Below are positions 44,301-52,743 of a stretch of 64,000 bases of DNA, one piece after another. The DNA is taken from contig DASZGY010000023.1 in NCBI GenBank assembly GCA_035938395.1, forward strand, positions 5,340 to 69,339, read 5' to 3'. The notes under the pieces were generated by a model. It was not told the origin of the DNA, made no database searches, and saw only the letters and a program-made list of their open reading frames with translations. A program made the translations under genes and the position numbers. The DNA is from Acidimicrobiia bacterium. Lineage in GTDB: Bacteria > Actinomycetota > Acidimicrobiia > IMCC26256 > JACDBD01. How positions within the stretch are numbered: the first letter of the stretch is position 1; every line of letters begins with the position of its first letter.

Positions 44301-45479
44301 TCAGGCCGAGGTTCGCTCCGCTTCGACGGTGGCGGGCTCGGCCGCGGCGGGCGCGGCGCTGGCGTGCTCGGCGGCGGCCTCGTCGAGGGAGCTGCGCAGC
44401 GCGCGGTAGATCGCATCCGGGGTGAGCACGCCCAGGAAGCGTTCCCCCTCGACGACCGCGACCCACCCGTAATCGGTGAGAAGCATGGCTGCGAGAGCGT
44501 TCTCGAGGTAGTCGTCGGTCGACACCCACGACTCGACGCGCTCGACGCGGTCACCGGCGGCGCCCTCACCGGCCGCGTTGGCGGCCCGGACGTGGCCCCG
44601 GAGGCGACCGTCGGCGTCGACCACGGCGACCCATGGGGTACCGGTGCGGCTCATGATCCCGCGGGCGTGGGCGAGCGATTCGGACGGCAGCACCGTGGGC
44701 GGGTGCTCGAGGCCCTCGATCTCGATGGGCGTCACCTTGAGCCGCTTGAGCGCCCGGTCGGCGCCGACGAAGTCGGCCACGAAGTCGGAAGCGGGGTTGC
44801 CGAGCACCTCGGCAGGGGTGTCGTACTGGGCGAGCACGCCGCCGACCTCGAGGATGGCGATGCGGTCGCCCATCTTGACCGCCTCCTCGATGTCGTGAGT
44901 CACGAACAAGATGGTCTTGCGGACCGTCTCCTGGAGCCGCAGGAACTCGTCCTGTAGCCGCGTCCGGGTGACGGGGTCGATGGCGCCGAACGGCTCGTCC
45001 ATGAGCAGCACGGGCGGGTCGGCGGCCAGGGCGCGGGCGACGCCCACCCGCTGGCGTTGGCCACCGGACAGCTGGGCCGGGTACCGATGGCGGAAGGTCG
45101 TCGGGTCGAGACCGACCAGCTCCATGAGCTCGTTCACGCGGGCGGTGACCCGGTCGCGGTGCCAGCCGAGGAGGCGGGGGACGGTCCCCACGTTGCCGGC
45201 GATCGTCTGGTGCGGGAACAGACCGACCTGCTGGATCACGTAGCCGATGCGACGCCGCAGACCGACCGGGTCGACGCCGGTCACGTCCTCGTCGTCGAGG
45301 TAGATGCGGCCGCTGGTCGGCTCGATGAGCCGGTTCACCATCTTCAAGGTCGTGGTCTTTCCGCAGCCGGATGGGCCGACCAGGATGCTGATCTCCCCTT
45401 CCGGCACGTCGAGACTCAGGTCGGTGACCGCGACAGTGCCGTCGGGAAACCGCTTGGAGACCTCGTCGAGGCGGATCAT
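44301..45479 (-). CDS. Opu/ProV-type betaine ABC transporter ATP-binding protein with tandem CBS domains
   Basis: GPSGCGKTT, LSGGQRQRVGVARAL, LLMDEPFGAIDP, and a C-terminal CBS-like pair followed by an Ala/Glu-rich tail. Confidence 0.9.
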   Translation of the reverse strand: MIRLDEVSKRFPDGTVAVTDLSLDVPEGEISILVGPSGCGKTTTLKMVNRLIEPTSGRIYLDDEDVTGVDPVGLRRRIGYVIQQVGLFPHQTIAGNVGTVPRLLGWHRDRVTARVNELMELVGLDPTTFRHRYPAQLSGGQRQRVGVARALAADPPVLLMDEPFGAIDPVTRTRLQDEFLRLQETVRKTILFVTHDIEEAVKMGDRIAILEVGGVLAQYDTPAEVLGNPASDFVADFVGADRALKRLKVTPIEIEGLEHPPTVLPSESLAHARGIMSRTGTPWVAVVDADGRLRGHVRAANAAGEGAAGDRVERVESWVSTDDYLENALAAMLLTDYGWVAVVEGERFLGVLTPDAIYRALRSSLDEAAAEHASAAPAAAEPATVEAERTSA

Positions 45480-45519
45480 GGGCCGGACCCCCGGTCGGTC
45501 CGCTGAAGGTTACCCGGCC

Positions 45520-46650
45520 TCAGTGTGCGCGGTGACCACCGCCCGCGGCCTCTCGGAAGATCTCGGCGAACCGCCCGGTGCGAGTAGCGGGCTGCAATGC
45601 CGGCCGCAGGCGCCGTGTCGCGCCGCCCGTCGTCAGGGGACCGATTCGCACGATCGCGTCGGCCAGGGCGGCGGCATCCCCGGGCGTCACGGTCGTGCCG
45701 CTCCCCGGGACGGCGCGGGCCAGGATCTCGGGCGCGCCGCCGGCGTCGGTCACGACGACCGGCGTACCGCTCGCCAGCGCCTCGACGACGACGATCCCGT
45801 ACGGCTCCGGCTCCGTGGACGGCAGCACGAAGAGGTCGAGGTCCGCGAACAGCTCGGGCGTGTCGGTGCGGGGACCGAGCCAGTGGACATCCGGAAGCTG
45901 CGCAGCGCGCGTCGCCAGGTCGATGGCGAGTTGCTCCTTCCCGGTCACCGGCGCGCCCGCCACGACGAGGTGCAGGTCGGCCCGTCGCCCCTTGGCGCGC
46001 TCGAACGCGTCGAGCAACACGTCGAAGCCCTTCCACGTGTCGATGCGCCCGACCGCGCCCACCAGCGGGGTTTCGTCCGGGATCCCGACGCCGTCCCGGA
46101 ACCGCCCGGCCAGCTCGGGTCGGAACTCGGCCGGGTCGACCGTCTCGTACACGACCTCGACGTTCGCCGGGTCGAGCTGGTCGGCGATCGCCTGCGACAT
46201 GCAGACGACCTTCACCGCGAAGTGCTGAGCAAGGAAGCGCTCGAGCTGCAAAGCGGCGTGGGATTGCACGACGATCTCGCGCGCCTGCCAGACGTGCGGC
46301 CGACCCGTGATCGCGGCCGCCGCCCACCCGTACAGCGAATGCAGCGAGTTCGAATGCACGACGTCGATGCGCAACCGGCGGATCAGGCGAACGAGCCGCG
46401 TCACCGCGACCGGCCACGCGGCGACGTAGCCCGCCCACTCGCCGGCGCCGTGGCTCGTCGACAGGCGCTCCATCGGGACCGTGTGGAGGCCGGCGCCGGC
46501 GGCGGCGAACTCCTCGGCCAGCGGTGAGCGACCCGGGAGCGCGACGTGGCAATCGAACTCGTCGGGTGGGAGGCTGCGCAGCATCCGCACGAGGAGGTAG
46601 TCCGATCCGCCTCGCTCGGCGACCGGTTGGACGGAGAGCAGCCGGATCAT
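45520..46650 (-). CDS. GT4-family glycosyltransferase
   Basis: N-terminus MIRLLSVQPVAERGGSD and E-x7-E motif EPEPYGIVVVEALASGTPVV. Confidence 0.85.
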   Translation of the reverse strand: MIRLLSVQPVAERGGSDYLLVRMLRSLPPDEFDCHVALPGRSPLAEEFAAAGAGLHTVPMERLSTSHGAGEWAGYVAAWPVAVTRLVRLIRRLRIDVVHSNSLHSLYGWAAAAITGRPHVWQAREIVVQSHAALQLERFLAQHFAVKVVCMSQAIADQLDPANVEVVYETVDPAEFRPELAGRFRDGVGIPDETPLVGAVGRIDTWKGFDVLLDAFERAKGRRADLHLVVAGAPVTGKEQLAIDLATRAAQLPDVHWLGPRTDTPELFADLDLFVLPSTEPEPYGIVVVEALASGTPVVVTDAGGAPEILARAVPGSGTTVTPGDAAALADAIVRIGPLTTGGATRRLRPALQPATRTGRFAEIFREAAGGGHRAH

Positions 46651-47806
46651 GCGCGTCGCACTGAACCTCGAGCAATTGCTCCAACCGGCCCCGGGCGGGA
46701 TCGGTCGCTACACGGCCGAATTAGCGAGGCTACTGCCCGCCCTGCCGGCCGGGGACGGAGACGAGATCACGCTCGTGCCGTTCGTCGCGAGGCATAGCCG
46801 GGAGGATGTCGAGACCAGGCTGCGCGAGTTCGGTCTCGGCGGCGTCGATCCCGTCGTGCTCCCCCTCCCTCGGCCGCTCCTGTACGACGCTTGGCATCTG
46901 CTTCGGCAGCCGGGACTCGGGCGTTCGCGCCGACTGCGGAACACGGACGTGGTTCACGCGCCGTCGGTTGCGGTGCCGCCGAAGTCGGACGTGCCGCTCG
47001 TCGTGACCGCGCACGACGCTGCACCGCTCATCTACCCGGAGACGTATCCGCGGCGGGGCCGACGGTTCCACGCGCAGGGTCTCGCCGCCGCGGCCAAGCG
47101 GGCCGACCTCGTGATCACGGTCTCGCAATCGGCGGCGGAGGAGCTGGCCGCGTACACGGCGATCCCGACGGAGCGGATACGAGTCGTGCCGAACGGTGTC
47201 GACCTCGAGATCGCAACCGACGCGCAAGTCGCCGCCACCCGACGCGAGTTCGAACTGGACGACGCGCCGTACGTGTTCTGGGTCGGGAGCCTCGAGCCGC
47301 GCAAGAACGTCGAGCTGCTCGTCGACGCCTTCGTACGGTGGGCGTTGCACACCGACCTGCCGCACCTGCTCGTCCTCGCGGGACCGGCCGGTTGGCTCGA
47401 GGACGAGACGAGCGTGCTCGCGCCCGCGCGGCGGCTGGGGAACCGCGTCCGCACGCTCGGCCGCGTCGGTGACCCGGCGTTGGGCGCGCTGTACCGCGGC
47501 GCGGACCTGTTCGCGTTCCCGAGCCGGCACGAGGGCTTCGGGATCCCGGTCCTCGAGGCCATGGCGCAGGAGACGCCGGTCCTCGCCGCCGACATCCCCG
47601 CGCTGCGGGAGATCGCGGCGGGCGCCGCCGTGCTCCGATCGCCCGACGACACGGATGCGTGGGTCGCCGCGCTCGACAACCTCCTGCACGACGAGGCCGA
47701 GCTCTCACGGTGGGGCAGCCTCGGTCGTGGACGCGCGCAGGGCTACTCGTGGACGCGCTGCGCAGAAGAGACGCGGGCTATATATCTCGAGGCGGTCGGG
47801 GCATAA
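46649..47806 (+). CDS. GT4-family glycosyltransferase
   Basis: N-terminus GGIGRYTAEL and E-x7-E motif SRHEGFGIPVLEAMAQETPVL. Its ATG shares the tetranucleotide CATG with the start of the divergent GT4 gene. Confidence 0.85.
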   Translation: MRVALNLEQLLQPAPGGIGRYTAELARLLPALPAGDGDEITLVPFVARHSREDVETRLREFGLGGVDPVVLPLPRPLLYDAWHLLRQPGLGRSRRLRNTDVVHAPSVAVPPKSDVPLVVTAHDAAPLIYPETYPRRGRRFHAQGLAAAAKRADLVITVSQSAAEELAAYTAIPTERIRVVPNGVDLEIATDAQVAATRREFELDDAPYVFWVGSLEPRKNVELLVDAFVRWALHTDLPHLLVLAGPAGWLEDETSVLAPARRLGNRVRTLGRVGDPALGALYRGADLFAFPSRHEGFGIPVLEAMAQETPVLAADIPALREIAAGAAVLRSPDDTDAWVAALDNLLHDEAELSRWGSLGRGRAQGYSWTRCAEETRAIYLEAVGA

Positions 47807-47815
47807 TCACAACGG

Positions 47816-48502
47816 ATGGGGCCCCTGCAGCTCGCGCAGGACATCGGTTCCAAATGGATCTACTGGCCGTGGGTCGGTGACCACCTCGACGAGATCCGTA
47901 CGCGGCTCGCCGAGCACATCACGCTGACGTTCTGGGCCGTCCTGCTCGGCTTCCTGATCGCGTTCCCGCTCGCGCTGCTCGCGGTCCGGTATCGCCGCCT
48001 GTACCCCCCGGTCATCGGAGTCACGGGCGTGCTGTACACGATCCCGTCGATCGCGCTGTTCGTGTTCCTGATCCCGTGGACCGGCCTCTCGCGCACGACC
48101 GCGCTCGTTCCGCTCGTCGCCTACACGCTGTTGATCCTGATCCGGAACATCGTCGCCGGCCTCGACGGAGTGCCGGCGGAGGTTCGGGAGGCCGCGCAGG
48201 GGATGGGCTACCGGCGTTTCCGCCAGCTGTTCTCGGTCGAGCTCCCGCTCGCGCTCCCCGCCATCGTCGCCGGCCTCCGCATCGCGACCGTCACCACGAT
48301 CGGCTTGATCACCGTCACCGCGCTCATCGGTCAAGGCGGTCTCGGGCAGTTCATGCTCGACGGGTTCCAGCGCGACTTCCGCACGCCGCTCACGGTCGGG
48401 ATCATCCTCTCGGTCGCGCTGGCCGTGGTCGCCGATCTCCTGCTCGTCGGCGCGCAGCGGCTCGTGTCGCCGTGGGCGCGCGCGGAGAGAAGAAAGAGCT
48501 AG
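47816..48502 (+). CDS. ABC transporter permease (OpuCB/OpuCD-like)
   Basis: Six hydrophobic segments and an EAA-like loop GVPAEVREAAQGMGYRRFRQLFSVELPLALP. Confidence 0.88.
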   Translation: MGPLQLAQDIGSKWIYWPWVGDHLDEIRTRLAEHITLTFWAVLLGFLIAFPLALLAVRYRRLYPPVIGVTGVLYTIPSIALFVFLIPWTGLSRTTALVPLVAYTLLILIRNIVAGLDGVPAEVREAAQGMGYRRFRQLFSVELPLALPAIVAGLRIATVTTIGLITVTALIGQGGLGQFMLDGFQRDFRTPLTVGIILSVALAVVADLLLVGAQRLVSPWARAERRKS

Positions 48503-48504
48503 GC

Positions 48505-49278
48505 GTGGGATTCCTCGGGGACGTCGTCAACTGGTTCAGCGACGGATCGCATTGGAGCGGGAACGACGGCGTCATCCACCGCATGACCGAGCACGTCCAG
48601 ATCTCGGTCGTCTCCATCGTGGTCGCGGCCCTGATCGCGCTGCCGATCGGCTTCCTGATCGGTCACGTGCGCAAAGGCGGCATCGCCGCCGTCAACATCT
48701 CCAACATCGGAAGAGCGCTGCCGTCGTTCGCGTTGCTCATCCTCATGGTGCAGATCTTCGGGCTCGGCGAGCCATCGGGGGCCTTCTCGTTCATCGGGTC
48801 GTTCCCGACGTTCGTCGTGCTCGTCGCCCTCGCGATCCCGCCGATGCTCACCAACACCTACATCGGCATGGTCGGGGTCGACCCGGAGGTTCGCGAGGCC
48901 GCCCGCGGCATGGGCATGTCGGGCCGGCAGCTCCTGCGTGGTGTCGAGGCGCCGATCGCGCTGCCCCTGGTGTGGGCAGGGATCAGAACGGGCGCGATCG
49001 CGGTGGTCGCCACGGCGACGCTGGCCGCGTACACGGGATGGGGCGGGCTCGGCCGCTTCATCATCGACGGCCTCTCGACCCAGGACTATGTGCAGGTGTT
49101 CGCGGGCGCGGTGCTCGTGGCCCTGCTCGCGATCGTGTTCGAGTTCGGGCTCGCGGGGCTGCAACACCTGACGGTGTCTCGCGGCCTTCGCGTGAGTGCG
49201 CGTCCCGGGCGCCGCGTCGAAGACTCGGTCCCGGAGGTCGCACCCACGCCGGCTGTGCCGACGCGCCCGACGGGGTAA
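48505..49278 (+). CDS. ABC transporter permease (OpuCB/OpuCD-like), second subunit
   Basis: GTG 48505, 2 nt after the previous stop. EAA-like loop GVDPEVREAARGMGMSGRQLLRGVEAPIALP. Confidence 0.85.
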   Translation: MGFLGDVVNWFSDGSHWSGNDGVIHRMTEHVQISVVSIVVAALIALPIGFLIGHVRKGGIAAVNISNIGRALPSFALLILMVQIFGLGEPSGAFSFIGSFPTFVVLVALAIPPMLTNTYIGMVGVDPEVREAARGMGMSGRQLLRGVEAPIALPLVWAGIRTGAIAVVATATLAAYTGWGGLGRFIIDGLSTQDYVQVFAGAVLVALLAIVFEFGLAGLQHLTVSRGLRVSARPGRRVEDSVPEVAPTPAVPTRPTG

Positions 49279-49312
49279 GAGTGCAGGGGGTCCCAACAGA
49301 AAGGAACGGGGG

Positions 49313-50233
49313 ATGATCAAGGCACGAGTGCGATTCCCGGGTCGAACGCTCGGTGCGATGCTGATCGGGCTCATCGTGGTCGTGGCCACCGCGGGAGTGG
49401 GTGGCGCCGACCCGGCACAGGGGGGTGGCAAGGGCTCGCTGACAATGGGCTCGAAGAATCTTCCCGGCGCGCAGGTCCTCGGGCAGGTGTACGGCCAGGC
49501 GCTGGCGAAGGACGGGTACCAGATGTCGTACAAGGAGAACCTCGGGACCACCGAGGTCGTGTTCGCCGCGCTCCAGAACGGCGACATCGACCTGTACCCC
49601 GACTACATGAACACGGTGGTCCAGTTCCTCGGCGGCACCGGGGGCGCCGACGTCACTCAGGTGAAGAGTGAGCTGGACACGCTGCTCCAGGGCAAGGGCA
49701 TCGTGGCCACCGCGCCCGCGCCGGCGGTCGACGTCAACGGCTTCTACGTCACCAAGAAGACGGCCAGCAAGTACAAGCTGAAGACGATGTCGGATCTGAC
49801 GAAGGTCGCTCCGAGGCTCACGTTCGGCGGGCCGCCCGAGTGCCAGGATCGTCCGCTGTGCCTCGGCGACACGTCGCAGCAGCTCTACGCCCTCCAGTTC
49901 AAGGAGGTCAAGAAGCTCGACACGGGTGGTCCCGTCACGGTCAAGGCGCTCGAGGACGGCAACGTGCAGGTAGCGGAGCTGTTCACGGGCAGCAGCGTGA
50001 TCCCGAAGGACGCCGTCCTGCTGAAGGACGACAAGGGCCTCCAGGGCGCCGACAACCCGGTGGTGCTCATCAGGGAGAGCAAGAACACGCCGCAGCTCGA
50101 CGCGACGCTGAACAAGGTGTCGGCCAAGATCACGACCGCGCAGTACCGCAAGATGACGCTCGCGGTGCAGAACCAGAAGCAAGACCCGGCCGACGTCGCC
50201 AAGACGTTCCTGAAGAACAACAAGTTGGCTTGA
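49313..50233 (+). CDS. glycine betaine/osmoprotectant-type substrate-binding protein (OpuAC fold), secreted
   Basis: ATG 49313 follows AAGGAACGGGGG. Signal-like N-terminus, then GSKNLPGAQVLGQVYGQAL, DLYPDYMNT and DDKGLQGADNPV. Confidence 0.85.
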   Translation: MIKARVRFPGRTLGAMLIGLIVVVATAGVGGADPAQGGGKGSLTMGSKNLPGAQVLGQVYGQALAKDGYQMSYKENLGTTEVVFAALQNGDIDLYPDYMNTVVQFLGGTGGADVTQVKSELDTLLQGKGIVATAPAPAVDVNGFYVTKKTASKYKLKTMSDLTKVAPRLTFGGPPECQDRPLCLGDTSQQLYALQFKEVKKLDTGGPVTVKALEDGNVQVAELFTGSSVIPKDAVLLKDDKGLQGADNPVVLIRESKNTPQLDATLNKVSAKITTAQYRKMTLAVQNQKQDPADVAKTFLKNNKLA

Positions 50234-50250
50234 CGGTCGGCGACGCCAGA

Positions 50251-50290
50251 ACGCGAACCGGCCCCGCCTCACGGCGGGGCCGGTTCGCGT
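50251..50290. terminator. strong bidirectional intrinsic-terminator-like hairpin between convergent genes
   Basis: ACGCGAACCGGCCCCGCC (50251-50268), a TCAC loop and GGCGGGGCCGGTTCGCGT (50273-50290) form an 18-bp perfect stem. Confidence 0.7.
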
Positions 50291-50306
50291 GTCGGTTGTG
50301 ATCGCG

Positions 50307-50801
50307 TCAGTTGCTGACGGTGATCGCGCAGCTCGCCATCCCGCGCTTCTCGAGGTAGCGCTGGTGGTAGTCCTCGGCCGGCCAGAACTCGGAGGCGGCC
50401 GTGATCTCGGTGACGATCGGCCGCTTGAACCGAGCCTGCGCGGCTTCCTTCGACGCCTTCGCCGCGACTTCCTGCTCGGGCGACTGGAAGAAGATCGCCG
50501 AGCGGTACTGGTCGCCGACGTCGGGGCCCTGCCGGTTGAGCTGGGTCGGGTCGTGGAGCTGCCAGAAGGCGTCGAGCAGCTGGTCGTAGGTCACCTGGGC
50601 GGGGTCGTACTCGACGAGCACCGCCTCGGCGTGGCCGGTCGTATGGCTGCAGACCTGCTCGTAGCTCGGGTGGTCCGTGCGACCGCCGGTGTAGCCCACG
50701 GTCGTCGCGATCACGCCCGGGATCTGCCGGAACTCGGCCTCGACTCCCCAGAAGCATCCGGCCGCGAAGGTCGCCTTCTCAGTGTGCTGTGTGTCCGTCA
50801 T
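50307..50801 (-). CDS. msrA: peptide-methionine (S)-S-oxide reductase
   Basis: ATG 50801. Motifs [24 protein letters not shown] and [11 protein letters not shown]. Confidence 0.95.
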   Translation of the reverse strand: MTDTQHTEKATFAAGCFWGVEAEFRQIPGVIATTVGYTGGRTDHPSYEQVCSHTTGHAEAVLVEYDPAQVTYDQLLDAFWQLHDPTQLNRQGPDVGDQYRSAIFFQSPEQEVAAKASKEAAQARFKRPIVTEITAASEFWPAEDYHQRYLEKRGMASCAITVSN

Positions 50802-50872
50802 GTCCCTTTTCGCCCCGTCGTGTCGTCGTCTGGTCACTCCAGTGAACACCCGGGCCCGGGGGTTGTTCCGTC

Positions 50873-51484
50873 CTACCAACCGCGGTCGATCCACTCCTGG
50901 AGGTGCGGTCGCTCGGTGTCGAGGGTCGTGTCGAGGCCGTGGCCAGGGAGCACGAGCAGGTCGTCGGGGAGCGAGAACAGGCGCCGGTCGATCGACTCGA
51001 TGATCTGGTCGAAGTCGCCGCCCGGGAGGCTCGTGTTCCCGGGCCCGCCCGGGAACAGGGTGTCGCCGCTGAACAGCACGGGGTGGCCCTCGAGCAGGAA
51101 ACACGTCGACCCGGCCGTGTGTCCGGGCGTGTGGATCGTCCGCAGCCGCAGATCACCGACCTCGATCACGTCGCCGTCGGGGATCGTGAAGTCGTACGCC
51201 GGCAGCATCGACGCGTCCTCGGGCGCGATCCCGACGTCGATGCCAGCGTCGCGCACCGCCTCGACGGCCTGGATGTGGTCCCAGTGCCCGTGGGTGGTGA
51301 GGACACGCCGCACGCCTGTAGCCCGGCTCACATCCAGGAGCAGCTCGTGCTCGTTGGCGGCGTCGAGCAGGGTCGCCGCCCCGGTGCCCTTGCTCCGGAG
51401 GATGAACACGTTGTTCTCGAACGGCCCGACCGTGAGCTTGTCGATCCGGGCGTCCGTGTCCTCGTAGTGAGGGGGCCGCGGCAC
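50873..51484 (-). CDS. MBL-fold metallo-hydrolase (glyoxalase II-like)
   Basis: [28 protein letters not shown] and LPGHG. GTG 51484 lies 6 nt downstream of TAGCCT, so the transcript is a leaderless candidate. Confidence 0.88.
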   Translation of the reverse strand: MPRPPHYEDTDARIDKLTVGPFENNVFILRSKGTGAATLLDAANEHELLLDVSRATGVRRVLTTHGHWDHIQAVEAVRDAGIDVGIAPEDASMLPAYDFTIPDGDVIEVGDLRLRTIHTPGHTAGSTCFLLEGHPVLFSGDTLFPGGPGNTSLPGGDFDQIIESIDRRLFSLPDDLLVLPGHGLDTTLDTERPHLQEWIDRGW

Positions 51485-51510
51485 GCGTTCAGGCTACCGG
51501 CACCTGGCAA

Positions 51511-51528
51511 CTTGACCGAGCGGTCCAG
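51511..51528. promoter_or_regulatory. second copy of the 18-bp palindrome (CTTGACCG-AG-CGGTCCAG) between divergent MBL and acyl-CoA dehydrogenase genes
   Basis: It matches 28611-28628 at 16 of 18 positions, and the preceding AA is also shared. It ends 15 nt before ATG 51544. Confidence 0.55.
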
Positions 51529-51543
51529 TACCGTCCGTTTTCG

Positions 51544-52734
51544 ATGGACTTCCTCGACACGCCCGCGGAGGCGGCGTTCCGCGACGACGTGCGCACGTGG
51601 CTGGCCGACCACCTCGTGGGCGAGTTCGCCGAGCTCGGGGGTGGCGGCGGGCCGTCGGACGAGACCGCCTGGGAGCTGCGCGTCGAGTGGGAGAAGCTGC
51701 TCGGACGCGACCGGTGGGTGGGGCTCGACTGGCCCGAGGAGTACGGCGGCCGGAACGCGAGCTTCGCCGAGCAGATCATCTTCAGCGAGGAGTACGCCAA
51801 GGCCGACGCGCCGACCCGCGTGAGCTTCTTCGGCGAGGGGCTGTTCGCGCCCACGCTGCTCGCGTACGGCACCGAGGAGCAGAAGCGCCGGTTCCTGCCG
51901 AAGATCCAGTCCGCCGAGGAGCTCTGGTGCCAGGGCTACTCGGAGCCGAACGCCGGCTCCGACCTGTCGAACGTGCAGACGCGCGCGGTGCTCGACGGCG
52001 ACCAGTGGGTCGTGAACGGGCAGAAGGTGTGGACGACGCTCGCACACCGCGCGAACTGGTGCTTCGCGGTCGTGCGCACCGATCCCGACGCGCCCGCGCA
52101 CAAGGGTCTGTCGTACGTGCTCGTCCCGATGGACCAGCCGGGCGTGAGCGTCCGCCCGCTGAAGCAGATGACGGGCACGGCCGAGTTCAACGAGGTCTTC
52201 TTCGACGACGCGCGCACCAACAGGGCGAACGTCGTCGGCGAGGTGAACGACGGCTGGAAGGTCGCGATGGCCACGCTCGGTTTCGAGCGCGGGACGGCGT
52301 TCCTCGCCCAGCAGATCGCGTTCCAGCGCGAGGTGTCGGACCTGATCGACGTGGCGCACAAGAACGGCGCCACCGCCGAGGCGGCGATCCGTCAGGAGCT
52401 CGCCGACGCCTACGTCGGCGTCCAGATCATGAAGTACAACGGCCTGCGCATGCTGACCAGGCTCGTGAAGACGGGCGTCCTCGGGCCCGAGTCCAGCATC
52501 GGCAAGCTCTACTGGAGCTCGTGGCACCGCCGGCTCGGAGAGATCGCGATGCACGTGCTCGGCACGGACGGGCTGCTCGTCGAGGGTGAGCCCGGCGGTG
52601 ACTACGCGCTCAACGAGCTGGAGCGCACGTTCATGGTCAGCCGGTCGGAGACGATCTACGCCGGCGCGAGCGAGATCCAGCGCAACATCATCGGCGAGCG
52701 GGTGCTCGGGCTCCCGCGCGAGCCGCGAGCCTGA
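51544..52734 (+). CDS. acyl-CoA dehydrogenase
   Basis: WCQGYSEPNAGSDLSNVQTRA, WTTLAH and GFERG. The C-terminal region reads ETIYAGASEIQRNIIGE. Confidence 0.9.
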   Translation: MDFLDTPAEAAFRDDVRTWLADHLVGEFAELGGGGGPSDETAWELRVEWEKLLGRDRWVGLDWPEEYGGRNASFAEQIIFSEEYAKADAPTRVSFFGEGLFAPTLLAYGTEEQKRRFLPKIQSAEELWCQGYSEPNAGSDLSNVQTRAVLDGDQWVVNGQKVWTTLAHRANWCFAVVRTDPDAPAHKGLSYVLVPMDQPGVSVRPLKQMTGTAEFNEVFFDDARTNRANVVGEVNDGWKVAMATLGFERGTAFLAQQIAFQREVSDLIDVAHKNGATAEAAIRQELADAYVGVQIMKYNGLRMLTRLVKTGVLGPESSIGKLYWSSWHRRLGEIAMHVLGTDGLLVEGEPGGDYALNELERTFMVSRSETIYAGASEIQRNIIGERVLGLPREPRA

Positions 52735-52743
52735 GGGGGAGAC

